A stretch of DNA of 47,750 bases from Tubiluchus corallicola (GCA_030141605.1 JAQGDQ010001315.1:1-47750), one strand, 5' to 3'. Shown: positions 25,407-39,597, numbered from the stretch's first letter. A program made the numbers and translations. Notes: generated from the letters alone by a model not told the origin.

Positions 25407-25580
25407 TGTTAGCAAAGAGAATCATTGCTTTGTTAGTTAGCAGTAAATCAGATAGCCAGACATGGGCCAAACATTCAAATCTACGTTAAGTAGTGTTAGC
25501 AAAGAGAATCATTGCTTTGTTAGTTAGCAGTAAATCAGATAGCCAGACATGGGCCAAACATTCAAATCTACGTTAAGTAG
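25407..25580 (+). repeat. Perfect 87-bp tandem duplication at the 5' end of the ORF1 fragment
   Basis: TGTTAGCAAAGAGAATC...CTACGTTAAGTAG at 25407 and 25494. Confidence 0.92.
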
Positions 25581-26277
25581 CAAAGTCTCGAAAATTGACC
25601 AGGAATTGGATGCCATATCAAAATCACAGGAAGTTATTTCAGACATGTTTGATGGTTTTAAATCTGAGCTTGATGCAGCCAATCAAGACATTGCCAGACT
25701 TAAAACAGAAAACAACTCGCTTAAAGCAACAGTTAGCAAGCTACAAAAACAGGCACAGACAAATGCAATTGAGATCGACAAACTTGATCAGTACAGTCGT
25801 CGAGACTGCCTTGAAATATCAGGAATTCCGGTAATTGAACATGAAAATACAAATGCAATAGTTCTTAGTGTTGCCCGCAATATGGGAACTGCATTATCAC
25901 CAGAAGAAATTAGTATCTCCCACAGGCTCCCTAAGCCAAGAAAGGGTTACCCTAAAATTATTGCGAAATTTACCCAACGTGACAAACATGATGCAATGTT
26001 CAGAGAGAGAAAGAAAGCAGGGAACACATCGACCTTGGATTATTCTCGCTATACAGACAGTAAAATCTACATTAGTGAATCACTGACACAGAGACGACGT
26101 GAACTCTTTCGGATAGCGCTCAACTACAAAAAGCAACACAACTTTGCACACATTTGGACTGTCAACGGCAGGATTTTTCTGCGAGCCCATGATAATAGCC
26201 AGAAACTTACGATAGATTGTGTGTTAATGACCGTATGGTACACGAAAACACGTGGAAATGAAAGAATTGCAGGTTAG
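25549..26277 (+). mobile_element. LINE ORF1p fragment (CR1/L2/Crack type; coiled coil, RRM and FP25K-like C-terminal domain), with no ORF2 following
   Basis: Coiled coil, then LDQYSRRDCLEISGIP, ISISHRL, PKIIAKF, IYISESLT..RRELF, IWTVNGRIFLR. The last ~20 codons look unrelated. Confidence 0.85.
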
Positions 26278-26421
26278 AGAAGGAAGAGTTAAAAAGAAGA
26301 TGTGATCAAGAGGAAAATGATAAAAAAGGTAAAAATAAAACAAACTTTTGAGAAAGACGCTAGGCCAGCAAGATGGAAAAATGCATGGGAAAGTGGGAGA
26401 GATAAAAGCAAAGGTGCAATG

Positions 26422-26637
<216 letters not shown>

Positions 26638-27740
26638 TTTAAAATCTTTATTAATAAAACCTCTATTTGCAGGTACAAAATTAGCATAAGTATAAATTTT
26701 ACAAATTTTCTAATAAAATAATAAAGTAAGGTAATTCTAGGCACAGTGTAAATTACTAATTAAAATTACAAAGATAGCAATAGTACAACCGCTAGTTTAG
26801 TAACACGTAGCATAATTCTCCTGACATTTGCTGTCTAATGAAGTCATCCTTAATTACTTCAACAAATGATCTCAAAGTGCTGCTATCATTTTGCTTTTGA
26901 ATTAACACAGGAATATTAGTGGTGTTAATGTTATTCTTAAAAAAACATGCGCTTTTGTGAGCCTACGAAAGGGCAGTCGAAAAGTAGATGTTCGCAAGTT
27001 TGAGAAAGACCACATAAACAAGAATTGTCAGGTATGAGTCCTAATCGGAATAAAAAATGTTTAAAAAATCCTTGTCCATGAATAATACTTAGAGCAATGG
27101 ATTCAAACTCTCTATATGTAGGTGAAATTGGTAAATTAAAGGGCTTGAGCTGTGGGATTATGCCAAACCATTCATTTCTGTTTTCTAACAAAGTATAAGT
27201 ATTGAATTGTCTGTGCCAAAGAGTTTGCTTGAATTTATCCAGATCAGATTTTGTTACAGACTAATTATCTACAGAAAGTTCTTCGTTGTTAATTCGCCCT
27301 GCATCTCTAGTAGTAGCTAATAATTGCCTTAAATCTCTAGCATAATATTTTACAAAGTGGTTATATGACAGATAAAAGTTAGTATTAAATACATACAAAA
27401 GTTCTTTCTTAACCAGATCACCATCACCACTCTGCAATATTTTACTTAGGAATCTTACATTATGAGCTTTCATTTCGATTTCTAAAGGAGGCAAACCACA
27501 TAAAATTTCTAACAATACCCTGCAAGGTTTAAAGGATGAACCCGTTGCAGTTCTGAGGACATCATAATGCAAGTCATCAAATAATGAATGTTTTTAGCTA
27601 ACCAAACACTGGCACTGTATAGTATAACAGGTAGTACAAATGTTTTAAACAGTTGTATAATAGTTGCCATTCTCATTCCTCTGTATTTAAAACACAGTTG
27701 TTTAATTTGTGTCCATTTGTACCATGCATTTTTGTAACTC
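26638..27740 (-). mobile_element. 5'-truncated LINE 3' end with a C-terminal CCHC zinc knuckle (I/R1/Ingi-like group)
   Basis: FKTFVLPVILYSASVW, VLRTATG..LEILCGLPPLEI, HGQGFFKHFLFRLGL...CLCG..QTCEHLLFDCP, then a 3' UTR ending AATAAAGATTTTAAA directly into (TC)n. Confidence 0.8.
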
Positions 27741-28368
27741 GCCGCATTATAAGAGTAAAATAATTGGTATAGTGGTGGCGTTAAAGTCTGTTTATTATAG
27801 TGGTTAAAGCTGCTTGCTGATTATTGTTGTTTATTGTGTGGCGTGTGAGGTAGCCACGATGGGCATGGCGAACTATCAAGACTTTATTTAAGAAACTACA
27901 CATTTATTAAATATCAAACACAACACGGTAAATATAAGAGGATAGTGATGTCAGCCCTCCGTGTTGAAGTCGTAATAAGATAAAAATGCTAAACTGCCAG
28001 GTGCCAGGTTGAGGTCACTGAAAAACTGTTTAGTTTTGAACAAGGTGAGTTACCGAACTCAAGTCAGTGTAAACAATCATGTTTGATTCAGCAAAAACAA
28101 TGACTGTTTACAATATGAATAGCAATTAGCTGATTAAATTTTCTCAGCAGACAATAAAAACTTAAACACCTATAAAAACGTCACCGAAAATTGTTGTTTT
28201 TCACACACAGGAAATTGTTGAAATTCAAAATCAGACAGGATGTGTAAACATTCTCAGAGTTATTTATGCCAGTTTACAACAAATTTGCTGACATTGCTTC
28301 TAACACTAAATACCAGACATTTCAAAAAACTGCGATATAGAATTAATTTGGGTCGAACCTGTTATTAA

Positions 28369-28825
28369 CCCTTTCATACCCGTTGTATCCCATGTGATAC
28401 GAGAATATTTTCTGGCTTTTAAAATTCATATAATTTTAAAACTGACATTTATTTGATCTAATAGTTATTTTGATTTAAGTCAATAATAATAGACTAAAAT
28501 GGTGATAAAATGGCAAACTAGAAAATCTACATAGCATAAAAAAACGGCGCAATGTACGGTACTTTAGAGATGACTTTGTACAGATCAGCATAGCGTGCAT
28601 ACTAAATGTCTTAAATACTTTAAAAAATTATCAGCAGTTGCAAAATGAAGCACATTTTATGCTTCCATTGAATCCCAATGTATCCCGTGGGATACAGGCT
28701 ATATTTAGCACGCGGGCACAGGTAGAAAAAATAATTATTATGTGTAAACAAGATGGACATACTGAACAGAAGTACCAAGCCAAAAAATTTTTTCTTATTA
28801 AAAAAATAATTTGGGACTGAAAGGG
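28369..28825. mobile_element. piggyBac-like MITE (457 bp)
   Basis: TTAA on both sides (28365-28368, 28826-28829). TIRs CCCTTTCATACCC / GGGACTGAAAGGG and internal GTATCCC.TG.GATAC palindromes. Confidence 0.85.
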
Positions 28826-29790
28826 TTAATGTAACCTTTAGTAAGGAAGACAACTCACACCGGAGTTTTTCTATGCAACGTCTGTGTTTGAAAGTAGCAG
28901 AATTCAAGTCCAATGGCCGAATAAAGACGCCAAACTTCTGTACAATAACCATTAGTGTGCAGACAGACAGAAGTCATTAGTAAAACACTTGGGTAAACAA
29001 AGAAGGCTTTATTCTGTGAAGTATGTGATCAGCAAGAAAGGGGAGTCATTACAGCAGATTAGCTGATTAGCTGATTAGCAGATTAGCTGACCGTATAGTA
29101 AGTTTTTATCCTCTTTGGCTGTTTAGTTTGGCACCATTACTGACCGGCTGTTTGCAAAGAGGGCCTTGTCTACTTTTCTCAATGACTGGCATGCTGATCA
29201 GATTTAGACTAATTCAACGTGTGTCAATGCACAAGTAGGTTGTGTTTAGTAAAAATCTCTGTTGCTCGCTCTAGTTATGAATTTCCACAAGATACGTTTC
29301 TGGTCATGTGTAATTGAAGGCGCAGGTAACGAAATGTATTAATATGTCAGCATCAGAAACTAGACTTACTTATGCATTGTTATTTAGTCGTCAGTACAGC
29401 TCAATAGCCAATGGAAATGCGGACCCTGCCAATACAGGGAAGTACCGGTACCTATTTCTCTATAATTATACTCTTGTTAAGTTATGCGAGTTGCCAAAGA
29501 CCTAATAATTTCACAAAATAGAAATTCTGAGCAATTATCCGCAGACTCTGCCATGACAGTAGATTAGTGTTAAATGCGCGCGCATATTCAAAATGTTATT
29601 CAACGGTTACTCTGAATGACATTTTGTAGGGAAGTCTGTTCGCTAGTCAGTGTTGAATTATTTTCACTGACATTTTATACAGGATACTGATTATGTCATC
29701 TAATGTACTGCAACTGTTTTCTAATCAAATATTTCTCCACCGCAACGCAACAGCGGAAAGACCGAAATGCTAAAAAACTAATTAAATTAA

Positions 29791-30399
29791 CCCTTATAGG
29801 CTCACCAGGGGGTAAACAATTCCCCCCAGACCGGTTTTTTGCATTTTACCCTTTTACCATATGCATCCCAGTAAACCTTTTCTATGACTTTTTCTAAATA
29901 TGTTTTGTGCACAAAATACTTTCAGTTATTTACTTTAGGTGCATTGTCTCACCACGAAATAAAAGTGAAAATGCAATATGTAGATTTTTTTAAATTGCCG
30001 AAACTTTACTTCGCTTGTCTACCTCATCATCTTCAGATGTGGCAAACGGGCAAGCAATGCAAGAATATGTGAATAAGAAGAAAGTAGTAGACAATAAATT
30101 CAAAATAACAATGATTTTTGCACACGCGCTAGCAATGTCCCTGTCTACAGTTATTCCAGCATAGACAAGGGAACGTAACTAAGTGAATTTAAATTTCGTA
30201 TTACTAGTAAGTCACATGTCTTTAAGCAGAGGTATAATGTATCCTATGGTGGTCAGCATAAGCACAAATTATGCTATTGCTGTTTACTAATGAAACACGG
30301 CAGTTTAGCAAAAGTAATTTACGAATTATGGTGGGGGTAATTTTTTACCCCTCCCCCGGTACCAAAATCGGTTGTAAAAAATCGTCACGCTCTAAGGAG
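29791..30399. mobile_element. TTAA-flanked MITE, piggyBac-like, degenerate
   Basis: TTAA|CCCTTATAG ... CTCTAAGGAG|TTAA, with subterminal GGGGGTAA...CCCC hairpins near both ends. Confidence 0.5.
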
Positions 30400-30748
30400 T
30401 TAAGGAAAAGGCTACAGCATAGCCAGTCTCTAAATTTAGGCGCAAATTTAGGTGCAAGCGCACAAAAAAGCTATGTGATTAACGCACTGATTATACATTT
30501 TAGTTGTGTGTTTAGAATGAAAACACGAGAAAGATGCAATTTCATCTGTACATGCAAATAACAGGCATATTCATTACTTTTATATAATTGACAGCAGGCC
30601 TACTACTGGACCAATCGTGTGACAACAGTGCAATTATATTATTAGATTTTGTGCAATTTGATCTTTGGTTCAATCCAACGCCATACCATTAAAAAAATAT
30701 TCACAAGTGAACTAAAGACTAAAGTTAATGGAAGTGGTGCTGACAAGT

Positions 30749-30978
30749 CACTGGCGTAGCAGTGTCTAGTTTTTTGCTGGATTACTGCTGCGTTTACCTG
30801 TCTGAAGGCAGATTTCTTTTATTTTAAAATTCTGCCTGCCCAATGTCTACAATAGACGTGACGGGCGTATGATGATGATAAAGACTAAAAATATTGTTGA
30901 AAAGCCGTCAGTTTGGAAAAAAATCTGCTAGGGGGAGCGGCTTGCTCTCCCTGTTACCCCCTAATAGCTACGCCACTG
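30749..30978. mobile_element. hAT-like MITE remnant
   Basis: CA(C)TGGCGTAGC ... GCTACGCCACTG termini. TSD not recognisable. Confidence 0.55.
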
Positions 30979-31420
30979 GCTACCATGAGCATAAGTTCCA
31001 AAGCGACATGAACTAAAAAGTATTTACAAAAAAAAAGGAGACAGACAGTTAAAACTGCTGGTTTTCAAAGTGTTAAATTTGATAGAGAATCATTAAATTG
31101 ACAGATAAAGTGATCTGCGGCCAATTTGTAGAAGTTTATGATAGCTGTCAGTTGCAGCTGCCAAATGAGTGATACATCAGGCTTCCCATCTGAAAGCTCT
31201 CCAGCTTGCGCCTCCGCTTGCCTTCCAGTAAGACGTCTTGCGCAAAACCATGAGAAAGAATGATAAGAGATGAACTAGTTAAGTTAAGTTAAATTTATTT
31301 ATTTCTACTCTGCATCTGACAATTATAATAAAAATACAGATAATTTCACTGAAGCAAATATAAATATATATGCAATATTATCCTGAAATTACAACATTTT
31401 TAATTCTCCCTTCTTTTGTA

Positions 31421-31464
31421 GAGAGAGAGAGAGAGAGTGAAAGAGAGAGAGAGAGAGAGAGAGT

Positions 31465-31513
<49 letters not shown>

Positions 31514-31587
31514 CAAGAGAGTCAGTGAGGAAGAGAGAAAGAGAGAGGGAGAGAGTAAGAGAGAGAGAAAGACATAGAGAAACAGAA

Positions 31588-31630
<43 letters not shown>

Positions 31631-31631
31631 A

Positions 31632-31669
<38 letters not shown>

Positions 31670-31716
31670 CGAGGGAGAGAAAAAGAGGGAGAGAGAGAGA
31701 GAGAAAGAGAGAGAGA
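31421..31716. repeat. Degenerate (GA)n purine-rich microsatellite
   Basis: GA repeat with GAAA and GGGA interruptions. Confidence 0.95.
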
Positions 31717-33010
31717 TCGTATCGAAGACTGATACATACATGTCTCACATTACTGTACACGAAGATTTAGTGAAAACACTATTAAATAACGTCAATACGA
31801 GCAAATCTGTAGGTCCTGATGGAATAAGCAACAAAGTACTTAAGCTTTGTGCAGATTCATTATCAAGCCCATTAACCCGATTGTTTAACTTCTCATTACA
31901 GTCAGGTCATTTTCCTAGCTTGTTGCAAATGTCTGCCCCATACACAAAGGGGGAGATAGACAGCTTGTTTCGAACTACAGACCCGTGGCGCTACTTTCAT
32001 GTATGTCCAAGATTCTAGAACGCGTTGTCTTTAATCAGATGTATAACTACTTTGCTATTGATAATAACTTTTTGACGGAAAAGAACTCGGGGTTCAAATC
32101 AAACGATAGCACCATCAACCAGCTAGTTTCAATCGTTCACAATTTGTATACAAGTTTAGACGACGGTGCTGAAATCTGTAGCGTTTTTCTGGACATCAGT
32201 AAAGCTTTTGATAAGGTGTGGCATGTAGGCTTGATATTCAAATGAAAGCAGTATGGAGTAGGTGGCCAAGTTCTGTCTTGGCTATCATCTTACCTTCGAA
32301 ACCGAACACAAAGAGTAACGAACACAAAGGCAGATCTCAGAATAATTGAAAACTAGGCCAAACGTTGGATGGTTAAATTTAATCCTAATAAGACCGAAGT
32401 CATGCTTTTCTCCCGTAAATCCAATGCTCCTCAATATCCTACTCTGTATTTATCTAATACTCCACTGAAAACTGTAAATGTTCACAAACATTTAGGTATT
32501 GATCTTACATCTGACCTGAACTGGAACTATCACGTCTCAAAAATGGTAGACAAAGCAAATCTAAAGCTAAACAACTTTCGACGTGTGTCAGTTAATAGTT
32601 AATCCCAGAGCTACGCGGGAACGATTATTCATTACGGCTATTCTCCCTGCCATCGAATATGGTAACGTAGTATGGTCAGGATGCAGTGAATACAGTATAC
32701 GTTTGTTAGAAAATATTCAGCTAACTGCTGCTAGAATCTGTTCTGGCGCTATGTTTCGATCTTCCCCTGCAAGTATCTTGTCTGACAGCGGCTTCACTAA
32801 ATTAGTGACACGCTTTCATTATCATCGCCTATGTCTTTTTTACAAAATAATCAATGACTTAGTGCCCCACTATTTAAGTGCAATTCTGCCGCCAAAGGTT
32901 AACGAAGTTACCCCCTATTATATACGCAGTGGTACTAAATACAGAAATTTTAATTGCCGTTCTGTTAGCTGTGAAAAATCGTTTTTCATATCGACCATTA
33001 ACATTCTCGT
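31717..33010 (+). mobile_element. Degenerate CR1/L2-type LINE ORF2 with frameshifts and an internal deletion
   Basis: KSVGPDGI, NYRPVALLS, FLDISKAFDKVWH, VKFNPNKTE, HKHLGI, LENIQL.AARI. The PQGS/ADD core appears deleted near 32330. Confidence 0.85.
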
Positions 33011-35250
33011 GTGATTATTCTGATCATGATTTTATAATAATAGTAGACAAAACAAAACCAACCAAAAACAATACAGGCACAGTCTGGAAAACAGTCAGAG
33101 ATTATTCTACATATAATAAAGATATATTTCAAGATACTTTAACCAAATTGGACTGGAGTAATATTTACACAATGACTGACATTGACATGCAAATAAACAC
33201 ATTAATAAATAATATGGAATACTGCCTGGATATCTATGCACCGTATAAAAAAATTAAAATACATCAGCAGCAATTTAATGCAAAATCTGCCTGCCCTTGG
33301 GCGGATACAGAATTCGCAAAACTAAGACACAATAAAAATGAATTATATAGAACATATTTACATTTAAAAGGTAAAATCAATTACAATAATTACAAAAAGG
33401 CACGAAATAAATTTAATAGCTACAACAGGAAACTCAAAAATAAATATTATATTAATAAATGCAATGATGCAACTACACCTAAACAAAAATGGCATTTAAT
33501 TAATGACGTACTTAACAGATACAGAAACGATCAATTACAAATAAATAGTTTACGAGAAAATGACAGTATAATATCTGATCCAGTTGACATTGCTAACAAA
33601 TTAAATTCCACATTTATCAATCTTGGAAAATTTGACAACTTGCCACACCAACATAATGCAAATATACACAATATATACAAAAACCAATCAGTAATACAAT
33701 CCACTTTCTCATTTACTAGCGTCACAGAATACGACATCTTTAGAATATTAAACAGTTTAAATATAAATAAAGGAAGTGGACCCTCAGACATGCCAATAAA
33801 GATCTTAAAAGACTGTGCCAGCATCATTACTCCTCATCTAACATATATCACAAACCAAGTCTTAATGCGCTCAGAATTTCCAGCAGTGTGTAAACAAGCA
33901 AACATAACTCCAATATACAAGAAAGATGCTAAAGATGATGCTAAAAACTACAGACCAATCTCAGTAGTGCACGTACTAGCCAAAGTATTTGAAAGAGTTA
34001 TCTACAACCAAATAAACCATTACATTGAAAATAATAAGTTACTGTCAAATCATCAATTTGGTTTTAGAAAACTACATTCTACAATAGACGCGATAATTGA
34101 TGCCACTGAAAAGTGGCGTTACAACTTAAATAAAAATAAATATATAACAGCAGCATTTTTAGATCTAAGTAAAGCTTTTGACAGCCTCGATCACAATTTA
34201 CTACTAGACAACTTACGCCAACTAGGATTCGATTATACTTCTCTCAAACTAATTAATAATTACCTACACAATAGAAAACAAAGAGTCAAACTGAACAAAC
34301 ACACTTTTTCAGCATGGGACACACCACAGAGAGGCATCCCACAAGGTACGATATTAGGTCCATTACTCTTTTGTTTATACGTTAATAAAATTCATTTAGT
34401 TTTACATAATTCAGACTTAACACAATATGCCGATGATACAACACTCTATACAGCACACGCAGACTTTCTAACATCAAAAAATAATCTAGAAAAAGACATA
34501 ACAAATATAAATGCAGCATTTAACTATTTTGGTTTAAAAATGAATGATGATAAGACAGAATTTATGGTAATATCACCCAAATCCAATGACATTACTTCTA
34601 ATGCAACACTAAAAGTAGGTGACTGTTCCATAGAACAAGCAAAAACTGTAAAATTTTTAGGCATTACTGTCGACAATAAACTCACTTGGGATGAACAGTT
34701 TCATCAAATACACAACAAGATGGCATTAAGCACGACATTCTTACGCCAAACCAGAGGCCATCTAACCAAGAAAACAAAAATTCTCATCTACAAAAGTCTA
34801 ATATTACCACATTATCTATATGGTTGCACTTTACTTCAAAACGTTAAATATGAAAACTTTAGAAAACTAAATACAATGCAAAACTACGCACTTAGATTAA
34901 TTCATGGCTACTCTAACAAAACTGCTAAACAACATGCTGCTTCTGCAACAAGCTTAAGAACGTCCACAAAAATACCAATATTAGAAGCCTATCGAGATTA
35001 CAAAACACTGATATTTCTTTATAAATATATAAATAAACTGAGCATTCCATTTATAAACAATCCCTTAGCATTTATTCCTGATACCACATTGAACACTAGA
35101 ACATACAATTTAAAGCAAATTACAGTAAACAATAAATTTGGAAATAACTCTATATATCAAAACAGGCCATACATTTATGGAACTTACTACCCAGTGAAAT
35201 AAAACAAATAGAATCTCTCCACCACTTTAAAAAGAAATTAAAAGAATATC
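33011..35250 (+). mobile_element. Young 5'-truncated L2/Crack/Daphne-type LINE ORF2 (endonuclease C-terminus plus near-intact RT)
   Basis: DYSDHDFI (end of APE domain), NYRPIS, NHQFGFRK, FLDLSKAFDSLDH, GIPQGTILGPLLF, QYADDTT, KFLGI. A frameshift near 35160 continues as LWNLLP.EIK...FKKKLKEY. Confidence 0.92.
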
Positions 35251-35295
35251 AATATAACAGGTTTCAACTTCCACATTGTGCATCTGATACTAATT

Positions 35296-35900
35296 ACACC
35301 ACACCATACCACTGCAGCACACCACACCACCCACACCATACGACTCCACCACATCACACCACACTGCACCACACCATACCACTGCACCACACCGCACCAC
35401 CCACACACCACACCACACCATACCACTCCACCAGACTGCACCACACAATACCACTGCACCACCCACACACCACACCACCCACACCATAATACTCCACCAC
35501 ATCACACCGCACAGCACCACACCATAACACCACACTGCACCACACCACCCACCCCATACCACTCCACCACATCACACCACACCATACCACTGCAGCACAC
35601 CGCACCACCCACACACACACCACCCACACCATGCGACTCCACCACATCACACCACACTGCACCACACCATACCACTGCACCACACCGCACCACCCACACA
35701 CCACACCACCCACACCATAATACTCCACCACATCACACCGCACTGCACCACACCATAACACCACACTGCACCACAACACCCACCCACACACCACGCCACC
35801 CACTCCATACCACACTACCCACACCACAACCCACACACCCTATCACCCCACCACACCATCCATAGCACAACACACAAAGCACACCACCACCACACCACAT
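35296..35900. repeat. Complex (CACCA)n microsatellite block 1
   Basis: CACCA-based, with recurring ACCATACCACTCCACCACATCACACC and CACTGCACC variants. Confidence 0.95.
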
Positions 35901-36865
35901 CAAATCCACCACCTCACGTGGTGATCATGATGTTGATGATGATGATGATGATGGTGGTGGCAACGATGACGACACCTATAGCACAAGCACCAACAGCACA
36001 GCATTACAACAAAACCATTCCAAACATTTTTCACAAAGTTGAAACTATGTGCTATAATATAATAAATAGCAAAGGCCCCGCAAAAGATTTTGCGTAAAAA
36101 ACCACGTATAATCAATAATACGCGAACATCCTACCTAGTCCACATTTATAACGCAAAGCCCGTAACATCATGCCTACTGTTTGTTTAACTAACGCAAACC
36201 CGTAGCAGGCAGCTTTTTGCTGAATTAAAGTTATAAGATTACAGCAGAGTACAATGGATGACGTCACAACAATGCCTTTGCGTCAACAGTTTTCTAAGCG
36301 AAAATTGCCGAAAATAGAACATCTAATTAACTCGCCAATACTCCTCTCGGTGGACTTGCCCTAAAATATAACCCACACCATCGTGTAGCCCTGTCCTTCC
36401 TCTTTGTAAAGAGCCCCATATCTCCTTCCTAGAGTGCCACCGGGAGACGCTAGAACGTTTTTTCCAAAGGCTATTTAGTCAAAATTTCGAAAAAAATCGC
36501 GAGTTGGGTCCGGGAAAACGCCCGTTACGGGACGCCGTGGCCCTCTCGCGAATTCTAAATAGGCCTATGACACCCATCGCTGAACCCGTTCCCGTTCTCT
36601 ACATCTCAGCCGTATAACTTTTGCAAAAAAACAGCCGAAAAATGGCCATTTTTGGAGGTTTTTTGCCGCCCGTTCCTCCCGGTGGGCCCGATTCGAAAAA
36701 TAAACCATCAATGAGATGACACTAGATCGAGACCTTTCGTTTGATATATAGATCGCCGCAAATGGTGCCCTCGTCTGGGCTGTAGCCTCGAATCTTATAT
36801 ATATACCAAGAATATTAATATAATAGACTAGCCAAACCCCACAAAAAGAATTTTGTGCACAAATC

Positions 36866-37692
36866 AACACACAACCCACACCACACCACTCCACCTCATC
36901 ACACCACACTGCACCACACCATACCACTCCACCTCATTGCACCACACAATACCACCACACCGCACCACACCATACCACCTACACACCACACCACCCACAC
37001 CATACCACTCCACCACATCACACCACACTGCACCACACCATACCACTGCACCACCCACACACCACACCACACCACCGACACCATAATACTCCACCACATC
37101 ACACCGCACAGCACCACACCATAACACCACACTGCACCACACCACCCACCCACCTACACACCACACCATACCACTCCACCACATCACACCGCACCGCACC
37201 ATACCACTGCAGCACACCGCACCACCCACACACCACACCACACCACCCACACCATACGACTCCACCACATCACACCACACCGCACCACACCGTACCACTG
37301 CACCACACCACACCGCACCACCCACGCACCACACCACACCACCCACACCATAATACTCCGCACTGGACCACACCATAACACCACACTGCACCACACCACA
37401 CCACCCACACCATACCACTCCACCACATCACACCGCACCACACCATACCACTCCACCTCATCGCACTACACTGCACCACACAATGCCACCACACCGCACC
37501 ACCCACACACCACACCACACCACCCACACCACCCACACCATAATACTCCACCACATCACACCGCACTGCACCACAACAGCCACCCACACACCACGCCACC
37601 CACTCCATACCACACTACTCACACCACACCCTATTACCCCACCACACCATCCATAGCACAACACACAAAGCACAGCACCACCACACCACATC
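36866..37692. repeat. Complex (CACCA)n microsatellite block 2
   Basis: Same motifs as block 1, longer. Confidence 0.95.
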
Positions 37693-38989
37693 AAATCCAC
37701 CACCTCACGTGGTGATCATGTTGATGATGATGATGATGGTGGCAACGATGACGACACCTATAGCACAAGCACCAACAGCACAGCATTACAACAAAACCAT
37801 TCCAAACATTTTTCACAAAGTTGAAACTATGTGCTATAATATAATAAATAGCAAAGGCCCCGCAAAAGATTTTGCGTAAAAAACCACGTATAATCAATAA
37901 CACGCGAACATTCTACCTAGTCCTCATTTTTAATACAAAGCCCGTGCAGCTTTTACTGAATTACAGCAGCGTAGCAGCTTTTTGCTGAATTAAAGCTATA
38001 AGATTATAGACAGAATACAATGGATGACGTCAGAACAATGGTTTTGCGTGAGCAGTTTTCTAAGTGAAAATTGCGAAAAATAGAACCTCTAATTAACTCG
38101 TCGGTGCTCCTCTTGGTGGACCTGCCCTAACATATAGCCCACATCATCGTGTAGCCCTGTCCTTCCTCTTTGTAAAAAGCTATATATCTCCTTCCGAGAA
38201 TCCCACCAGGCGCCGCTAGAACGTTTTTTCCGCAGGCCGTTTGGTCAAAATTTCGAAAAAATCGCGAGTTGGGTCCGGGAAAACGCCCGTTGCGGGGCGC
38301 CCTGGCCCTCTCGCGAATTCTAAATATGCCTACTACACCCACCGCTGAACGGGCTATCTATCCATACCCAGCACCCCCCTCGGCCTGTTCCCGTTCTCTA
38401 CATCTCAGCCGTATAACTTTTGCAAAAAACGGCCGAAAAAGGGCCATTTTTGGAGGTTTTTCGCCTCCCGTTCCTCCCGGTGGGCCCGATTCGAAAAATA
38501 AACCATCAATGAGAAGACACTAGATCGAGACCTTTCGTTTGATATATAGATCGCCGCAAATGGTGCCGTCGTCGAAGCTGTAGCCTCAAATCTTATATAT
38601 ATATAAAGCCCATACCAAGAATATTAATATAAGAGTATAGATATAGATATATATTAAGATACCAAGAATATTAGTATAAGAGATATTAATATTGAAAAGT
38701 CAGAAGAATTCTGTTTTAATTTGGTTAATTTAATTTAATGATAATACTAATAATAGTAATATAAATTGCAAATCAGAATTTTCTTTCGGATAAATTTTGT
38801 GGCCCTGAAAAGGGCCGGTTGGTTATATTTAAGGGCCTGTAGCACCGTTCTTCCTCTTTCTGATGAGCCATATATCTCCTTCCGAGAGTCCCACCAGGCG
38901 CCGCTAGAACATTTTTCCGCAGGCTGTTTGGTCAAAATTTCGAAAAAATGTTCGTAAGCAGTGGTGGTTCTCGATGATTCATATGAAGT

Positions 38990-39597
38990 TCAGTTGAAGA
39001 AATTGTACACGCAGTTGGATCCACGTCGTCTGTTTTGAATAGGATGTATATTTTGCTGTTGTGGTAATTGTTGCTGTTGTTGTAATAGTTGTTGCTGTTG
39101 TTGTAATTGTTGTTGTTACTGTTGTTGTATGCGTGAAATGCTTTCAAGTTGTGTTTGCACATGTGCCATGAAATGTCCAAGAATTTGTTGTTGTTGTTGT
39201 TGATGTTCCTGTTCCTGTCCTTGTTCCTGTCCTTGTTCTTGTCCTTGTTCCTGTCCTTGTTCCTGTCCTTGTTCCTGTCCTTGTTCCTTGTCAATTGGAT
39301 TCAACTGCAATTTTTCCATTTTCTGTAACATAGACATATTTTGTTAAAAAAACAAAGATTTTTCAAACAATATGGAAAATTATTCTTCATTTCATTTTAT
39401 GCATAACATAACATGTATGAAACCAAACATGTTATTCAGAAAACTTTAGACTTAAATAGTTTTAGATATTTTGATAATAAATGCTAATGTAAATTAATAT
39501 AAGAGAAATTTATTACCTTCGAAATACTGTTTTTTCCTCCGAAGACAAGACAAAGATAAAGAATGCCAAAAAATAATAATGTCAATGTGAAACGCAT
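38990..39597 (-). pseudogene. Secreted polyQ gene copy A1 (exons 39597-39517 and 39322-38990) with a premature stop
   Basis: Same structure as A2, but CAA>TAA at 39116-39118, an expanded (GQEQ)n tract, and an in-frame 33-nt shorter NRRR region. Confidence 0.7.

Larger units (their letters stand above)
35296..38590. repeat. Two tandem type-I units (35296-36792, lacking its start; 36793-38590), each a (CACCA)n block plus ~0.9 kb of shared unique sequence
   Basis: ~35860-36792 is highly similar to ~37650-38590. Both end in TAGATCGAGACCTTTCGTTTGAT...GCTGTAGCCTC(G/A)AA followed by TCTTATATATAT. Confidence 0.9.

Noticed and set aside
32878-33010. N-terminus of the 774-aa ORF
   Set aside because: Off-frame read of the older LINE's 3' end. 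The real ORF2 similarity begins at about the SDH motif.
35238-37703. His/Thr/Pro-rich and Val/Trp/Cys-rich ORFs; possible telomeric repeat
   Set aside because: They arise from a degenerate CACCA microsatellite that is open in many frames. The blocks are internal, heterogeneous and not a known telomere unit.
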